Below are positions 9,282 through 19,003 of a stretch of 34,860 bases of DNA, in pieces (within the stretch, counting starts at the first letter, position 1; every line of letters starts with the position of its first letter). The DNA is from Candidatus Zhuqueibacterota bacterium. GTDB lineage: Bacteria > Zhuqueibacterota > Zhuqueibacteria > Oceanimicrobiales > Oceanimicrobiaceae. Under the pieces are notes generated by a model that did not search any database, was not told where the DNA came from, and was given only the letters and a program-made list of their open reading frames with translations. The DNA lies in assembly GCA_011775825.1 (NCBI GenBank), contig JAABYK010000262.1:31523-66382 (forward strand). Direction: 5' to 3'. The translations under genes were made by a program, and so were the position numbers.

Positions 9282-9970
9282 TATTCCTGCTCGGTTCTCA
9301 ATATTAGTTTTGCCAATTCCAGATCGATCGGTTCGGTGATTTTGATGTTCTTATATTCCCCCTCAACAATTTTGACCGAATAACCGGCACGTTCAACCAG
9401 AGCCGAATCATCTGTCTGAAGCAGACCGTTTTGGTGTGCTTCCCGAAATGCGGCTTCTAAAATCTGGAGTTTGAAAATCTGCGGCGTTTGTACGGACCAG
9501 AGCGAATCTCGGAACAGGGTGCGGTCTACAAAACCGGAGCGTTCCGTTTTAACGGTATCCTTTGGCGGCACAGCCAAAATGGCAGCGCCATGTTTTTCAC
9601 AGGCTGCGACGGTCTCCCTGATTTTCTCAATGCTAATAAATGGTCGGACCGCGTCGTGAATGGCAACCAGATCCGGGCGTCCGTCCAGTGCCTTGATGCC
9701 TGCAAACACGGAATCTTGTCTTCGTTCGCCCCCACTGATAATTTTCTTAACTTTTTCGAAGCAAAAACGATCAACGATCTCCTGAGATACAAAATGAAGC
9801 CAACTCTCCGCAGTGACGATCAGGATATCATCTATCAAATCACAGTTCTCGAACTTTTGAAGAGTATAGAAGAGAACCGGCTTGCCGCAAAGCTCTCGAA
9901 ACTGTTTGGGAATGGAGCCGCCAATCCGTCGTCCGGTGCCGGCCGCGACTATAACTGCTGATATGCGCAA
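9281..9970 (-). CDS. ispD: 2-C-methyl-D-erythritol 4-phosphate cytidylyltransferase
   Basis: AVIVAAGTGRRIGGSIPKQF N-terminal motif and AIHDAVRPF. Adjacent to ispF. Confidence 0.92.
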   Translation of the reverse strand: MRISAVIVAAGTGRRIGGSIPKQFRELCGKPVLFYTLQKFENCDLIDDILIVTAESWLHFVSQEIVDRFCFEKVKKIISGGERRQDSVFAGIKALDGRPDLVAIHDAVRPFISIEKIRETVAACEKHGAAILAVPPKDTVKTERSGFVDRTLFRDSLWSVQTPQIFKLQILEAAFREAHQNGLLQTDDSALVERAGYSVKIVEGEYKNIKITEPIDLELAKLILRTEQE

Positions 9971-9990
9971 CGAACCTAAGAAGTCCTATT

Positions 9991-11019
9991 TTATAAAATT
10001 AACATGGCATCGCCATAACTGTAAAAGCGATACTTCTCGCGAATGGCTTTGCGATAGGCCTTGAAGACAAAATCACGACCAGCGAATGCACACACCAACA
10101 TCAAGAGCGTAGACGAGGGTAAATGGAAGTTGGTTACCAAGCCGGAGACAATCTTAAAATCATAAGGCGGATAGATAAACTTGTCGGTCCAACCTGTCGA
10201 AGATTTGGCCAAGCCTTCTGACGTCATACTGGTTTCCAACGCTCTGGTTGCACTGGTTCCGACCGCAATCACTCTCCCCTCTTCTTTCATGCTTTGATTA
10301 ACCGCCTCAGCGGCCTGCTCTGGAACTTCGTAGTATTCGGAATCCATCTTGTGACGACTCAAATCTTCAACAACAACCGGACGAAAACTGCCCAGACCGA
10401 GGTGCAAAACAATTCGTGCAATTCGAATGCCCTTCTTTTCAATCTTATTCAGCAGGTCTTTAGTAAAATGCAATCCTGCAGTGGGCGCCGCTACCGCACC
10501 ACGAACTCGCGAAAACACGGTTTGATACCGTTCCTTGTCAAGCGGCTCAGGATCCCGATCAATGTATGGCGGCAATGGCGACTGGCCTATGTGGTCAACG
10601 ATTTCATAGAAATCGCCAATATAGTTAAACCGCACGACTCGCCCGCCAGAGACGGTGTTGTCAATGACATCGCAGTACAACTTGTTGTTCACTGAAAGTC
10701 GATTCCCCACCCTGACCTTTCGTGCAGGCCGCACCAACACTTCCCAGAGACCATTTTCCAGTTCACGCAGCAAAAAGATCTCTACTTCCGCATCTGTCTT
10801 GTCTTTTGTGCCCATCAAGCGGGCCGGGAACACCTTGGTCTCATTTATGACCAGGCAATCGCCCTTGTTTAAGTATTCAATAATATCTTTGAAAACGGTT
10901 TGCTCAATGGTTTGTTTTTCTCGGTTCAAAACCATCAGGCGAGACTCATCTCGTTTCTTTGCCGGATACTTAGCAATTAGTTTTTCGGGCAATTTGTACT
11001 TAAAATCGGAAAGCTTCAT
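9991..11019 (-). CDS. queA: tRNA preQ1(34) S-adenosylmethionine ribosyltransferase-isomerase
   Basis: MKLSDFKYKLPEKLIAKYPAKKRDESRLMVL, PLPPYIDR, VGTSATRALE. Confidence 0.93.
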   Translation of the reverse strand: MKLSDFKYKLPEKLIAKYPAKKRDESRLMVLNREKQTIEQTVFKDIIEYLNKGDCLVINETKVFPARLMGTKDKTDAEVEIFLLRELENGLWEVLVRPARKVRVGNRLSVNNKLYCDVIDNTVSGGRVVRFNYIGDFYEIVDHIGQSPLPPYIDRDPEPLDKERYQTVFSRVRGAVAAPTAGLHFTKDLLNKIEKKGIRIARIVLHLGLGSFRPVVVEDLSRHKMDSEYYEVPEQAAEAVNQSMKEEGRVIAVGTSATRALETSMTSEGLAKSSTGWTDKFIYPPYDFKIVSGLVTNFHLPSSTLLMLVCAFAGRDFVFKAYRKAIREKYRFYSYGDAMLIL

Positions 11020-11054
11020 ATATTTACTCCCAGAATCTCCTAATACCAGTTTGA

Positions 11055-12080
11055 TTAAAATAATTTGCCTTGTAGAATGTTCTTATTTTTCACACCGAAA
11101 TGACGGAATGTCAGGTCCGTAACCACCCGACCTTTGGGCGTCCTTTTCATTAAGCCCTCCTGAATGAGATAGGGTTCGTAAATTTCCTCCAACGTTTCAG
11201 CGTTCTCACCGACTGCCACCGCCAGAGTATTAATTCCTACGGGACCGCCGCTGAATTTTTCGAGCATCACTTTGAGTATGCGCTTGTCCATGTCATCCAA
11301 GCCCAATTCATCGACATCCAGGCGCAGCAGCGACTCATGGGCGATGTCTTTGGTGACCTCACCGTTTCCCTCAATTTGCGCGAAGTCACGAATTCGCCGG
11401 AGTAGACGATTGGCAATTCTTGGCGTACCCCTTGAACGCCTGGCGATTTCCATACCCGCTTCCTCCTCAATTTCAACTTCCAAAATTTTTGCGGACCGCT
11501 TTACAATCAGAAACAATTGTTCCGGCTTATAAAAATCAAACCGGTTAACCACGCCAAATCGCGAACGCAGAGGAGAAGTCAGAAGGCCGGCACGAGTCGT
11601 GGCGCCAATCAACGTGAATTTGGGGAGTTTTATCTGCACGGTTCTTGCATTTACTCCCCTATCGATAATGATATCGAGCTTGTAATCTTCCATTGCCGGA
11701 TAGAGATATTCCTCAACCACCCGATTCAGTCTATGTATCTCATCGATGAAAAGCACATCTCTTTCCTCAAGGTTTGTTAGCAGACCGGCGAGATCTGCCG
11801 GTTTTTCTAAAGCCGGCCCTGAGGTGGTCCTGATTTTGACATCCAATTCTTTGGCGACAATATTGGCCAGCGTTGTCTTGCCCAATCCCGGTGGACCATA
11901 AAATAAAACATGGTCCAGAGCTTCATTTCGGGCAACCGTCGCTTCGACGAAAACCTTGAGATTGTTCTTTATTTTGTCCTGACCCACAAATTCCTCAATA
12001 ACCGACGGCCTTAAGGTTAAATCTAATTCATTCTCCCCTTCCATTCGTTCGGGAGTTGTGGGTCGTGTGTTTGGCAACAT
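11055..12080 (-). CDS. ruvB: Holliday junction branch migration DNA helicase RuvB
   Basis: Walker A GPPGLGKTTLANIVA, LFIDEIHRL, GTPRIANRLLRR. Confidence 0.95.
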   Translation of the reverse strand: MLPNTRPTTPERMEGENELDLTLRPSVIEEFVGQDKIKNNLKVFVEATVARNEALDHVLFYGPPGLGKTTLANIVAKELDVKIRTTSGPALEKPADLAGLLTNLEERDVLFIDEIHRLNRVVEEYLYPAMEDYKLDIIIDRGVNARTVQIKLPKFTLIGATTRAGLLTSPLRSRFGVVNRFDFYKPEQLFLIVKRSAKILEVEIEEEAGMEIARRSRGTPRIANRLLRRIRDFAQIEGNGEVTKDIAHESLLRLDVDELGLDDMDKRILKVMLEKFSGGPVGINTLAVAVGENAETLEEIYEPYLIQEGLMKRTPKGRVVTDLTFRHFGVKNKNILQGKLF

Positions 12081-12081
12081 C

Positions 12082-12690
12082 TCAATTCGACTGTAAGACT
12101 TTCTTTATCAATTCATCAATTGGTAAATCGGGTTCCTTGTTTAAAATGGAAACGATCAGTTTTTGAGCATTGGCTCTATTATACCCCAGGGCTACAAGCG
12201 CAAGGCTAGCCTCCTCCAATTTATTATTGACGGCTGCCTTTTCTGTCAACTGAGGCGTCACGGCTGTGATTTCGGCCTCCAGACCCATTTCGCCAAACTT
12301 ATCTTTCAGTTCCGTTACCAGCCGTTGGGCGGTTTTTCTACCCACACCCGGCAATCGAGTTAATGCATCCACATCACCGTTTACAATCAAGCCGGTCAGT
12401 TCCTCAGAACTGCTTCCCGACAGAATCGCCAGTGCCAGCTTGGGGCCAACGCCCGAAACGGATATGAGATTCGAAAACAGCCATTTCTCCCGCTCAGTGA
12501 AGAACCCAAAAAGCTGCAAAGCGTCTTCCCGCACATGCAGATAGGTTAACAGCTTAGCACTCTTGCCAACTTGCTCCAGCTTCTCAAACGTTGTGATCGG
12601 CACAAGTACCTCATATCCGACGCCGTTGACGTCCAGAACAATTCGAGTCGGTGTCTTTTCGGACAGCACCCCTTTAAGCTGTGAAATCAT
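12082..12690 (-). CDS. ruvA: Holliday junction branch migration complex subunit RuvA
   Basis: MISQLKGVL...VDVNGVGYEV plus HhH motifs (VSGVGPKLAL, LPGVGRKTAQRL). Lies between ruvC and ruvB. Confidence 0.93.
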   Translation of the reverse strand: MISQLKGVLSEKTPTRIVLDVNGVGYEVLVPITTFEKLEQVGKSAKLLTYLHVREDALQLFGFFTEREKWLFSNLISVSGVGPKLALAILSGSSSEELTGLIVNGDVDALTRLPGVGRKTAQRLVTELKDKFGEMGLEAEITAVTPQLTEKAAVNNKLEEASLALVALGYNRANAQKLIVSILNKEPDLPIDELIKKVLQSN

Positions 12691-13166
12691 AATCTGGCTT
12701 CCATCCGATGCACATGACAGAGGGCAACCGCAAGCGCGTCTGAAGCATCTAATGGTTCGGGCAAATGAGGCAAGCTTAACATTCGTTGTACCATGCTTTG
12801 GACCTGTTCCTTTGACGCTGCACCATTGCCAACGACGGCTTGCTTTATTTCTCTCGGTGAATATTCCGAGGTGGGGATTTGGTAATTGACAGCAGCTAAA
12901 ATCGCAACGCCGCGCGCATGGCCCATGTTCAGAGCAGACTTCACATTTTGCGCGTAAAAGAGATCCTCGATAGCAAACTCATCCGGCTGATATTGTACGA
13001 TTACACTTGACAGTTGGTCGTAAATCTTTTTTAGACGAGTTGGGAAACCTTCTTTTGATGACAATCTTAGACAACCAAAATCGAGAGATGTGCAACCGTT
13101 GCTGCTACTTTCCACGATGCCAAACCCCATAACCACCGTGCCCGGATCCACCCCAAGTATGCGCAT
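12687..13166 (-). CDS. ruvC: Crossover junction endodeoxyribonuclease RuvC
   Basis: MRILGVDPGTVVMGFGIV and the C-terminal DASDALAVALCH motif. 4-nt overlap with ruvA. Confidence 0.93.
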   Translation of the reverse strand: MRILGVDPGTVVMGFGIVESSSNGCTSLDFGCLRLSSKEGFPTRLKKIYDQLSSVIVQYQPDEFAIEDLFYAQNVKSALNMGHARGVAILAAVNYQIPTSEYSPREIKQAVVGNGAASKEQVQSMVQRMLSLPHLPEPLDASDALAVALCHVHRMEARL

Positions 13167-13178
13167 GTCCCTTCGGAC

Positions 13179-13928
13179 TTATTCCTCGGTTTCCTGAATT
13201 AGTGAAAAATCAATGTCGAAGTTGGAATAAATATTCTGAACGTCCTCATGTTCTTCCAGCACATCCATGAGTTTGAGAAGTTGCTCCGCCTCTTTGCCCT
13301 CCACTTTCACCGTGTTCTTGGGATACATGGTCAGGGAAGCGGTTTCGTATTTTATGTTGTTTTCTTCCAAAGCAGATTTAACATTCTCAAGATCACCTGT
13401 TGCAGTCGTAATTTCGAACATATCATCTTCGCTTTTTATATCTTCTGCTCCAGCGTCCATCACGATCATCAATAAGTCATCTTCTTCCAAACCGCCTTTG
13501 AGAATTGTGACCAGCCCTTTCTTCTCGAAGAGCCAGGCAACTGCGCCAGATTCAGCAAGACTGCCAGCGTATTTGTTCATGTTGTGTCTTACCTCCGCTA
13601 CAGTCCGTTTGTGATTATCGGTGAGAATCTCAATAAACAGAGCCGCGCCACCAGGACCATAACCTTCCAAAATTCCCTGTTCGTATGAAACACCCGGCAG
13701 TTCGCCCGTACCTTTTTTAATGGCTCGGTCGATATTTGCTGCGGGCATATTCGACGCCTTGGCAGCCGCAATGGCCGTTCGCAGTCTCGGATTTGCAGAC
13801 TCGTCTCCTCCACCTTCTCTGGCGGCAATGGTAAGCTCTTTAATTAGGCGGGTAAAGATCTTACCGCGTTCGGCGTCGGCCTTGGCCTTTTTACGCTTGA
13901 TTGTGCTCCACTTTGAATGTCCGGACAT
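13179..13928 (-). CDS. yebC: YebC/PmpR family DNA-binding transcriptional regulator
   Basis: MSGHSKWSTIKRKKAKADAERGKIFTRLIKEL is the hallmark N-terminus. Classic position upstream of ruvC. Confidence 0.92.
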   Translation of the reverse strand: MSGHSKWSTIKRKKAKADAERGKIFTRLIKELTIAAREGGGDESANPRLRTAIAAAKASNMPAANIDRAIKKGTGELPGVSYEQGILEGYGPGGAALFIEILTDNHKRTVAEVRHNMNKYAGSLAESGAVAWLFEKKGLVTILKGGLEEDDLLMIVMDAGAEDIKSEDDMFEITTATGDLENVKSALEENNIKYETASLTMYPKNTVKVEGKEAEQLLKLMDVLEEHEDVQNIYSNFDIDFSLIQETEE

Positions 13929-13954
13929 TTATTCCTCCAGAAATTCCAAATACA

Positions 13955-13983
13955 AATATAATAAATTTTTTGTCGTTTTCCAA
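13955..13983 (-). promoter_or_regulatory. Candidate sigma70-type promoter for yebC-ruvCAB
   Basis: Minus-strand TTGGAA (13983-13978), a 17-nt spacer, then TATATT (13960-13955). It is about 27 nt upstream of the yebC ATG, which has a GGAGG Shine-Dalgarno. By eye only. Confidence 0.4.
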
Positions 13984-14101
13984 TATAAAAATGGGCACAG
14001 CAACACAGCAACGGGCGGGCACAGTCGCGATGCATGGATAAATCAAAAAAGCCGACCAGTCTGAACGGGCCAGCTCATAAGGAAACAAACATGAAAAATG
14101 A

Positions 14102-14137
14102 ATAAGAAAAAACTTTCCCCCGGGAAATTTCTCTTAT
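14102..14137 (-). terminator. Possible intrinsic terminator downstream of the SPOR lipoprotein gene
   Basis: Imperfect hairpin. Minus-strand RNA is ATAAGAGAAATTTCCCGGGGGAAAGTTTTTTCTTAT, with an inner GC stem followed by or overlapping a U6 tract. It starts about 20 nt after the stop at 14159. Confidence 0.35.
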
Positions 14138-14158
14138 GGTGTACTGACAGGCTGGGGA

Positions 14159-14695
14159 CTATTGCCCGAATTCATCCATCCAGTTGTAGGCTTTTTTTAG
14201 GTTGACTTTAGTTCTCACCACCCAGGCATCTCGGAATCCTTTTCGCATGGCTAACCGCTGCAGCTTTTCGGCATCAAACCAATTCACAAAATCACCCACC
14301 CTCACTTTATAAAATGGTGGATCAAACACCAGGTAAACGTCTTCATCAAATCTCAAAACCGCATCTTTTTGAACATCCTTGGCTTTCTGTCGATCCGTGG
14401 TTTGGATGATCTGCACGCGATATCCGGTGGCTACGCTGTCTGTCACGGTCTGTCTTGGATTCAGCAGGTCGTCGTCAAAATCCGTGTAGGTCGGCTCCGA
14501 CTCCTTAATTTCAATGTCATCATCATTGAGCGCGAGTGGATTGAAATCTTCTCGCATCTTTTCAAAATTTTCGATGCCTTCCTCTTCGGTTTTCGTAGGA
14601 CGCGTTACCCTTTCCGGAGATGCACAATTGAAGTATAAAGCAAAGGCCAAAGTAAGCGTGAGGATCATTTTCAACTTTAACGTGAGAGGTTTCAT
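14159..14695 (-). CDS. SPOR (peptidoglycan-binding) domain protein, probable lipoprotein
   Basis: N-terminal signal peptide ending ...ALYFNCAS. C-terminal SPOR-like GYRVQIIQTTDRQKAKDVQKDAVLRFDEDVYLVFDPPFYKVRVGDF. Confidence 0.75.
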   Translation of the reverse strand: MKPLTLKLKMILTLTLAFALYFNCASPERVTRPTKTEEEGIENFEKMREDFNPLALNDDDIEIKESEPTYTDFDDDLLNPRQTVTDSVATGYRVQIIQTTDRQKAKDVQKDAVLRFDEDVYLVFDPPFYKVRVGDFVNWFDAEKLQRLAMRKGFRDAWVVRTKVNLKKAYNWMDEFGQ

Positions 14696-14722
14696 TTTTT
14701 AAGACGCTCTTCAGTTTGTTGT

Positions 14723-15706
14723 TTATTTAACTTCATTGATCGCTTGGATGAGCTCCGGAACAACCTCGAACAGATCGCCAACCACGCCATAGTCCGCAAT
14801 GTCGAAAATGGGGGCATGCGGATCCTTGTTGATCGCCACAATCGTGTTGGAGTTTTTCATTCCCACGATATGCTGAATGGCGCCGGAAATACCTACCGCC
14901 AAATAGAGTTTTGGCGTCACGGTTTGACCCGAGCTTCCGATCTGACGGTCCAGTGGCAGCCAGCCGTCGTCGCACACAGGTCGGGAGGCCGCAATCTCAG
15001 CATTGATCGCTTCAGCAAGTTTATTGATCAAATTCATATTTTCGGGTTTTTTGATGCCTCTTCCCACCGCGACGATGCGCTCCGCTTTGCTCAGGTCCAC
15101 CTCCTGCTTGACACCCTCAAATATTTTCAGAACTTTTGTCCGATTATCCACATCATCCATTGATAGATCAACATTTTGGACTTGACCTTTTGCGGAGGCC
15201 TCCTCGACGTCATCCGGATTAAATGCCCCCACCTGGAAACTCACCAAATTCGGGCCTTCACCCTCAAAGGAGAAGTCAGCGTCAATTTTTCCCTGAAATA
15301 CTTGCCTCACAAAAATCGGGGTGCCGTTTTCCATCTTGTAGCGGGTACAATCGCTGATCAAGGCTTTGTTCAATTGGGTAGCCAATTTGGGAGCATAGTC
15401 ACGCACCATATATGTGTGGCTGAAAAAAATATACGTAGGGTTTCCTTTTTCCACAATTTGCTTTATGGCCGCTGCGTAACCGTCCGGTGTGTAGTCAGCA
15501 AGCTTGTCATCTTCTGCTATCAAAACATTGACGCCCTTTGAAGCGATTTCATCTCCTAGATTCTTGAGATCGTCCCCCAAGACCAGTACATTGACCTCTT
15601 GACCCAACTCCTTGCCAATTTGTTGTCCGGCCACGACCGCTTCCCATGTGGATCGGTTTAAAACTCCATCTCTCTGTTCGCCGACGACCATTATACTATC
15701 AGGCAT
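14723..15706 (-). CDS. etfA: Electron transfer flavoprotein subunit alpha
   Basis: C-terminal FAD-binding signature LYLAVGISGAIQHIVGMKNSNTIVAINKDPHAPIFDIADYGVVGDL. Confidence 0.93.
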   Translation of the reverse strand: MPDSIMVVGEQRDGVLNRSTWEAVVAGQQIGKELGQEVNVLVLGDDLKNLGDEIASKGVNVLIAEDDKLADYTPDGYAAAIKQIVEKGNPTYIFFSHTYMVRDYAPKLATQLNKALISDCTRYKMENGTPIFVRQVFQGKIDADFSFEGEGPNLVSFQVGAFNPDDVEEASAKGQVQNVDLSMDDVDNRTKVLKIFEGVKQEVDLSKAERIVAVGRGIKKPENMNLINKLAEAINAEIAASRPVCDDGWLPLDRQIGSSGQTVTPKLYLAVGISGAIQHIVGMKNSNTIVAINKDPHAPIFDIADYGVVGDLFEVVPELIQAINEVK

Positions 15707-15754
15707 ATGACTAACTCCTTTGTGAATTGATCTCTTCTTAAATTCTTCTCTTTT

Positions 15755-16543
15755 TTAGAAAACCTTGGCCTCATTTTTCAGCTTGTCTACCAATTCTTTG
15801 GCTACGTCTTTAGGTTTACCTTCAAGGATTTCTGCTTGCTTGGTTTTTTCCGGGATGTAGATTTTGTGGAATTTCAACCCGGACTCCGTCTGCTTGACAT
15901 CATCCTCTGACAAACCCAAATCGCTCAAGCCAAGTGCTTTGATTTCTTTCTTCTTGGCCATCATAATGCCTTTGATTGTGGCATAGCGAATTTGATTAAT
16001 TCCGGATTGAATCGTCAACAAGGCCGGAAGCGGCAGTTCCACCCACTGAAACCATCCGGCCTCCAATTCCCGTTTGACTTTGATTCCGCCATTCTGCGCT
16101 TGGATTTCCATGACGATGGTGCCGTGTGGCACGCCTAAGAATTCCGCCAAAATCACCCCTGTTTGCGCAAAACCATAGTCATCCGACTGCAGTCCCGTCA
16201 AAACCAAATCGAACTGTTCTTTCTTGATGGCGGCGGCCAGAATTTTCGCATTCACATCCGGGTCGAGACTTTGGAAACTTGTGTCATCGATGTGAATCGC
16301 CCGATCAGCGCCTTTTGCGAGTCCTTGCTTGATTGCTTCTTTCACGCGTTCGGGACCCATCGAGAGCAAGACGACCTCACCACCGTGCTTCTCTTTGAGC
16401 CGGAGCGCCTCCTCTAACGCGTAATGGTCGCTCTCGTTTATTTCATAATTCAGATCGGTTTCATGAATCCAACTCCCATCATCTTTAAGTTTCAACAAGG
16501 AATCCTTAACCGGAACTTGTTTCATGCAGACGACAATATTCAC
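15755..16543 (-). CDS. etfB: Electron transfer flavoprotein subunit beta
   Basis: NIVVCMKQVP...family N-terminus. The maximal ORF begins at TTG 16573, but AAGGAG-TTGAAC-GTG gives a strong Shine-Dalgarno 6 nt before GTG at 16543. Confidence 0.92.
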   Translation of the reverse strand: MNIVVCMKQVPVKDSLLKLKDDGSWIHETDLNYEINESDHYALEEALRLKEKHGGEVVLLSMGPERVKEAIKQGLAKGADRAIHIDDTSFQSLDPDVNAKILAAAIKKEQFDLVLTGLQSDDYGFAQTGVILAEFLGVPHGTIVMEIQAQNGGIKVKRELEAGWFQWVELPLPALLTIQSGINQIRYATIKGIMMAKKKEIKALGLSDLGLSEDDVKQTESGLKFHKIYIPEKTKQAEILEGKPKDVAKELVDKLKNEAKVF

Positions 16544-16864
16544 GTTCAACTCCTTCTTCTTTTTGTGGCCCAATATTTCTTATCATTCCGCGAGAACTTT
16601 CTTTTACTTCGGAGCGATGTTATCTGCGAAATGATTTCCAAATTTCATCAACCTAGGTTTGGATCGTTGACTTTGCGACTCGTCCATTTGTCAGGTTCTT
16701 TCCATCTGAATATTGCAGAGCCTGTTCCGACTGATCATAGACAGCTTTGATATCACCAGATGAGCCAAGTCTGACCAGGCTCTTGCCCTGCCCTAAAAAC
16801 ATGGGGTTGCTCATCCACATGGAATTCTCAAATTAAAGCCACCACCGAAAAACGCCATTCCCGC

Positions 16865-17125
16865 CTAGCTGCTTTCCCGAACGTTGGCTTTCCAAGGCGA
16901 AAAGACCTGCTTCATCTCTTCGATCGAGCCGGCCATTACCAATTCTTGTAACTGTCCGATAGCGAATTTCAGCTCGCTAATAGCTTCCGAGTACTTGCCT
17001 GCTTTGACGAGTCCGGTAGATTTGTCTAAACCACTAATGATTTCCTGGTTTTGATCTTGAGCCCAAAGTGGCGAGGAAATCGCCATCAGAAAAACACACA
17101 ACGCAACTAGGAATAACGTTCTCAT
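16865..17125 (-). CDS. Small secreted hypothetical protein (86 aa), possibly the 5' fragment of a decayed gene
   Basis: Signal peptide MRTLFLVALCVFLMAISSPLWAQ. Protein-like reading continues past its TAG in shifted frames (see finding). Confidence 0.5.
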   Translation of the reverse strand: MRTLFLVALCVFLMAISSPLWAQDQNQEIISGLDKSTGLVKAGKYSEAISELKFAIGQLQELVMAGSIEEMKQVFSPWKANVRESS

Positions 17126-17228
17126 CGTTCCTCCTCAATCATGCTGAATAACGCGAGCATTTCAATGCCCGAATTGTTCGCATTGAGAATTTAGTAAATT
17201 AATGTTTGAAATCAACCCTTTTTTAGGC

Positions 17229-18962
17229 CTACAGATCAAAATCGTAGCCATTGGCTTCGTAGCTATGCGTCGCAATTTGCCTGCGCCAGGAATCGATATT
17301 GTTGTCAATTTGGCGACTGTTGCGACGGATTCGCCGCCAGGCTTCTTCGCAGAACGTCTTGCCGATGGTCAACTCTCTTTGCACTGCATTCACATCGCTG
17401 GCTTTTATCATCGAATCGAGGCGGGAAACCACGGCTGCCATGGCATAAAGATCGATAGCCATGTCGGCAATTCGGTGCAACAAAAACTCCTGTTCAATGA
17501 TCTCCTTGCGATATTTGGAAAGCACTCTTTCCACTGCGAAGTGCAATTGTTTTGCGTATTCAGCAAATTTGTCCGCCTCGTTGTGCAAAGCCTCGTGTAC
17601 GTTGCTGAGTTTTTCCGTGGCAACTCGGCGTCTGAGCCTGGAAATTGCGTAGTCGGTCAAAATCCCCAATTGCGCCAGGGGATTCTGCAAAGCCTTGCCA
17701 ACCTTCTTCAAATACTCTCCGTGTTCCTGCATGCCGGCGAGTGAAATGAAAAGGCGCAACACCTCGTTGGTACCTTCAAATATCAAATTGATGCGCGAAT
17801 CCCGAAGGTAACGTTCGTAGGGATATTCTTTGCTGTAGCCAATGCCGCCGGCAATTTGCATAGTTTCATTCACCGTCCGCCACAGCGCTTCCGAGACATA
17901 CACCTTGCAAATAGCAGACTCGATGGAGTAGTCGACATCGCCGCGGTCAATCAGACCGGTCGTGAGATAGATCATACTCTCCGCCGCAAATGTGTCCACA
18001 GCCATCTGGCTAATTTTCTCTTGTATCATTTCAAATTTTGCGATGGGCGCATTGAATTGCTTGCGGTTTTTTGCATGATCCACACTCATCGCCAAAAGCT
18101 GCTTCATCCCTCCGACGCATCCCGCTGCCAGTCCCAACCTGCCTGAGTTCAAAACTTCCATGGCGACCTTGAAGCCTTTGCCAACAGTCCCAATCACATT
18201 TTCTTTTGGAACTTTGATATTATCAAAGGTTATCTCGGTCGTCGATGAACCGTGAATGCCGAGCTTTTCCTCTTCTTTGCCCGATGAAAAACCTTCCATA
18301 TCTCGGGTAACGATAAACGCTGTAATTTTCTTTTCCTCGTTTTCGCCAATCGGGGTCTTGGCGAAGACTGTGAAGAAATCCGCAATGCCTCCATTGGTGG
18401 TCCATATTTTGCTGCCGTTCAAAATATAATGTTCGTTGTCGTCGTCCGGGATGGCCATGGATTGAATTCCGGCGGCATCCGAGCCCGCTCCTGGTTCGGT
18501 TAGGGCGAACGCAGCCAGCGATTCGCCGGAGGCCAATTCCGGTAGATATTTTTTCTTTTGTTCTTCAGAGCCGTATAATAGCAGTGCCTTCAACCCGATT
18601 GATTGATGCCCTCCCAACGTCACCGCCAGAGACGCATCGGCTCCCGCCAGTTCTTCAAACACGCGGTTGTAAGCAGTGGAAGAAAATCCGTAACCGCCAT
18701 ATTCTTCCGGTATGCTCATCCCGAACAAGCCGATTTCCGCAAGCCCTTTGATGACCTCGTCGGGAATTTCGCCTTTTTGGTCAATGGCGGCGGGATCCAC
18801 CTGGTCTTTCATGAATTGGCGGATGCTGTCCAGAACCAGCTTCAAATTTTCCTGCTCTTCTTCATCCATTTTCGGAAATGGAGAAATCAAGCTCTGTTCA
18901 ATGCTTCCTGCGAATAAACACTTTGAAAAACTTTTGATGTCTTTTGCGTCGTTGCTTGCCAT
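17229..18962 (-). CDS. Acyl-CoA dehydrogenase, long (about 577 aa, VLCAD/ACAD9-like C-terminal extension)
   Basis: ALTEPGAGSDAAGI and GGIGYSKEYPYERYLRDSRINLIFEGTNEV motifs. Embedded in the fad/etf operon. Confidence 0.9.
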   Translation of the reverse strand: MASNDAKDIKSFSKCLFAGSIEQSLISPFPKMDEEEQENLKLVLDSIRQFMKDQVDPAAIDQKGEIPDEVIKGLAEIGLFGMSIPEEYGGYGFSSTAYNRVFEELAGADASLAVTLGGHQSIGLKALLLYGSEEQKKKYLPELASGESLAAFALTEPGAGSDAAGIQSMAIPDDDNEHYILNGSKIWTTNGGIADFFTVFAKTPIGENEEKKITAFIVTRDMEGFSSGKEEEKLGIHGSSTTEITFDNIKVPKENVIGTVGKGFKVAMEVLNSGRLGLAAGCVGGMKQLLAMSVDHAKNRKQFNAPIAKFEMIQEKISQMAVDTFAAESMIYLTTGLIDRGDVDYSIESAICKVYVSEALWRTVNETMQIAGGIGYSKEYPYERYLRDSRINLIFEGTNEVLRLFISLAGMQEHGEYLKKVGKALQNPLAQLGILTDYAISRLRRRVATEKLSNVHEALHNEADKFAEYAKQLHFAVERVLSKYRKEIIEQEFLLHRIADMAIDLYAMAAVVSRLDSMIKASDVNAVQRELTIGKTFCEEAWRRIRRNSRQIDNNIDSWRRQIATHSYEANGYDFDL

Positions 18963-19003
18963 CGTTCATCTCCCATTTGATCTTAAAAATTGCTTTTTCG
19001 GTC

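Noticed and set aside
17202-17744. 180-aa plus-strand ORF, and others, antisense to the acyl-CoA dehydrogenase
   Set aside because: They sit opposite a 577-aa ORF with strong ACAD motifs. No independent support.
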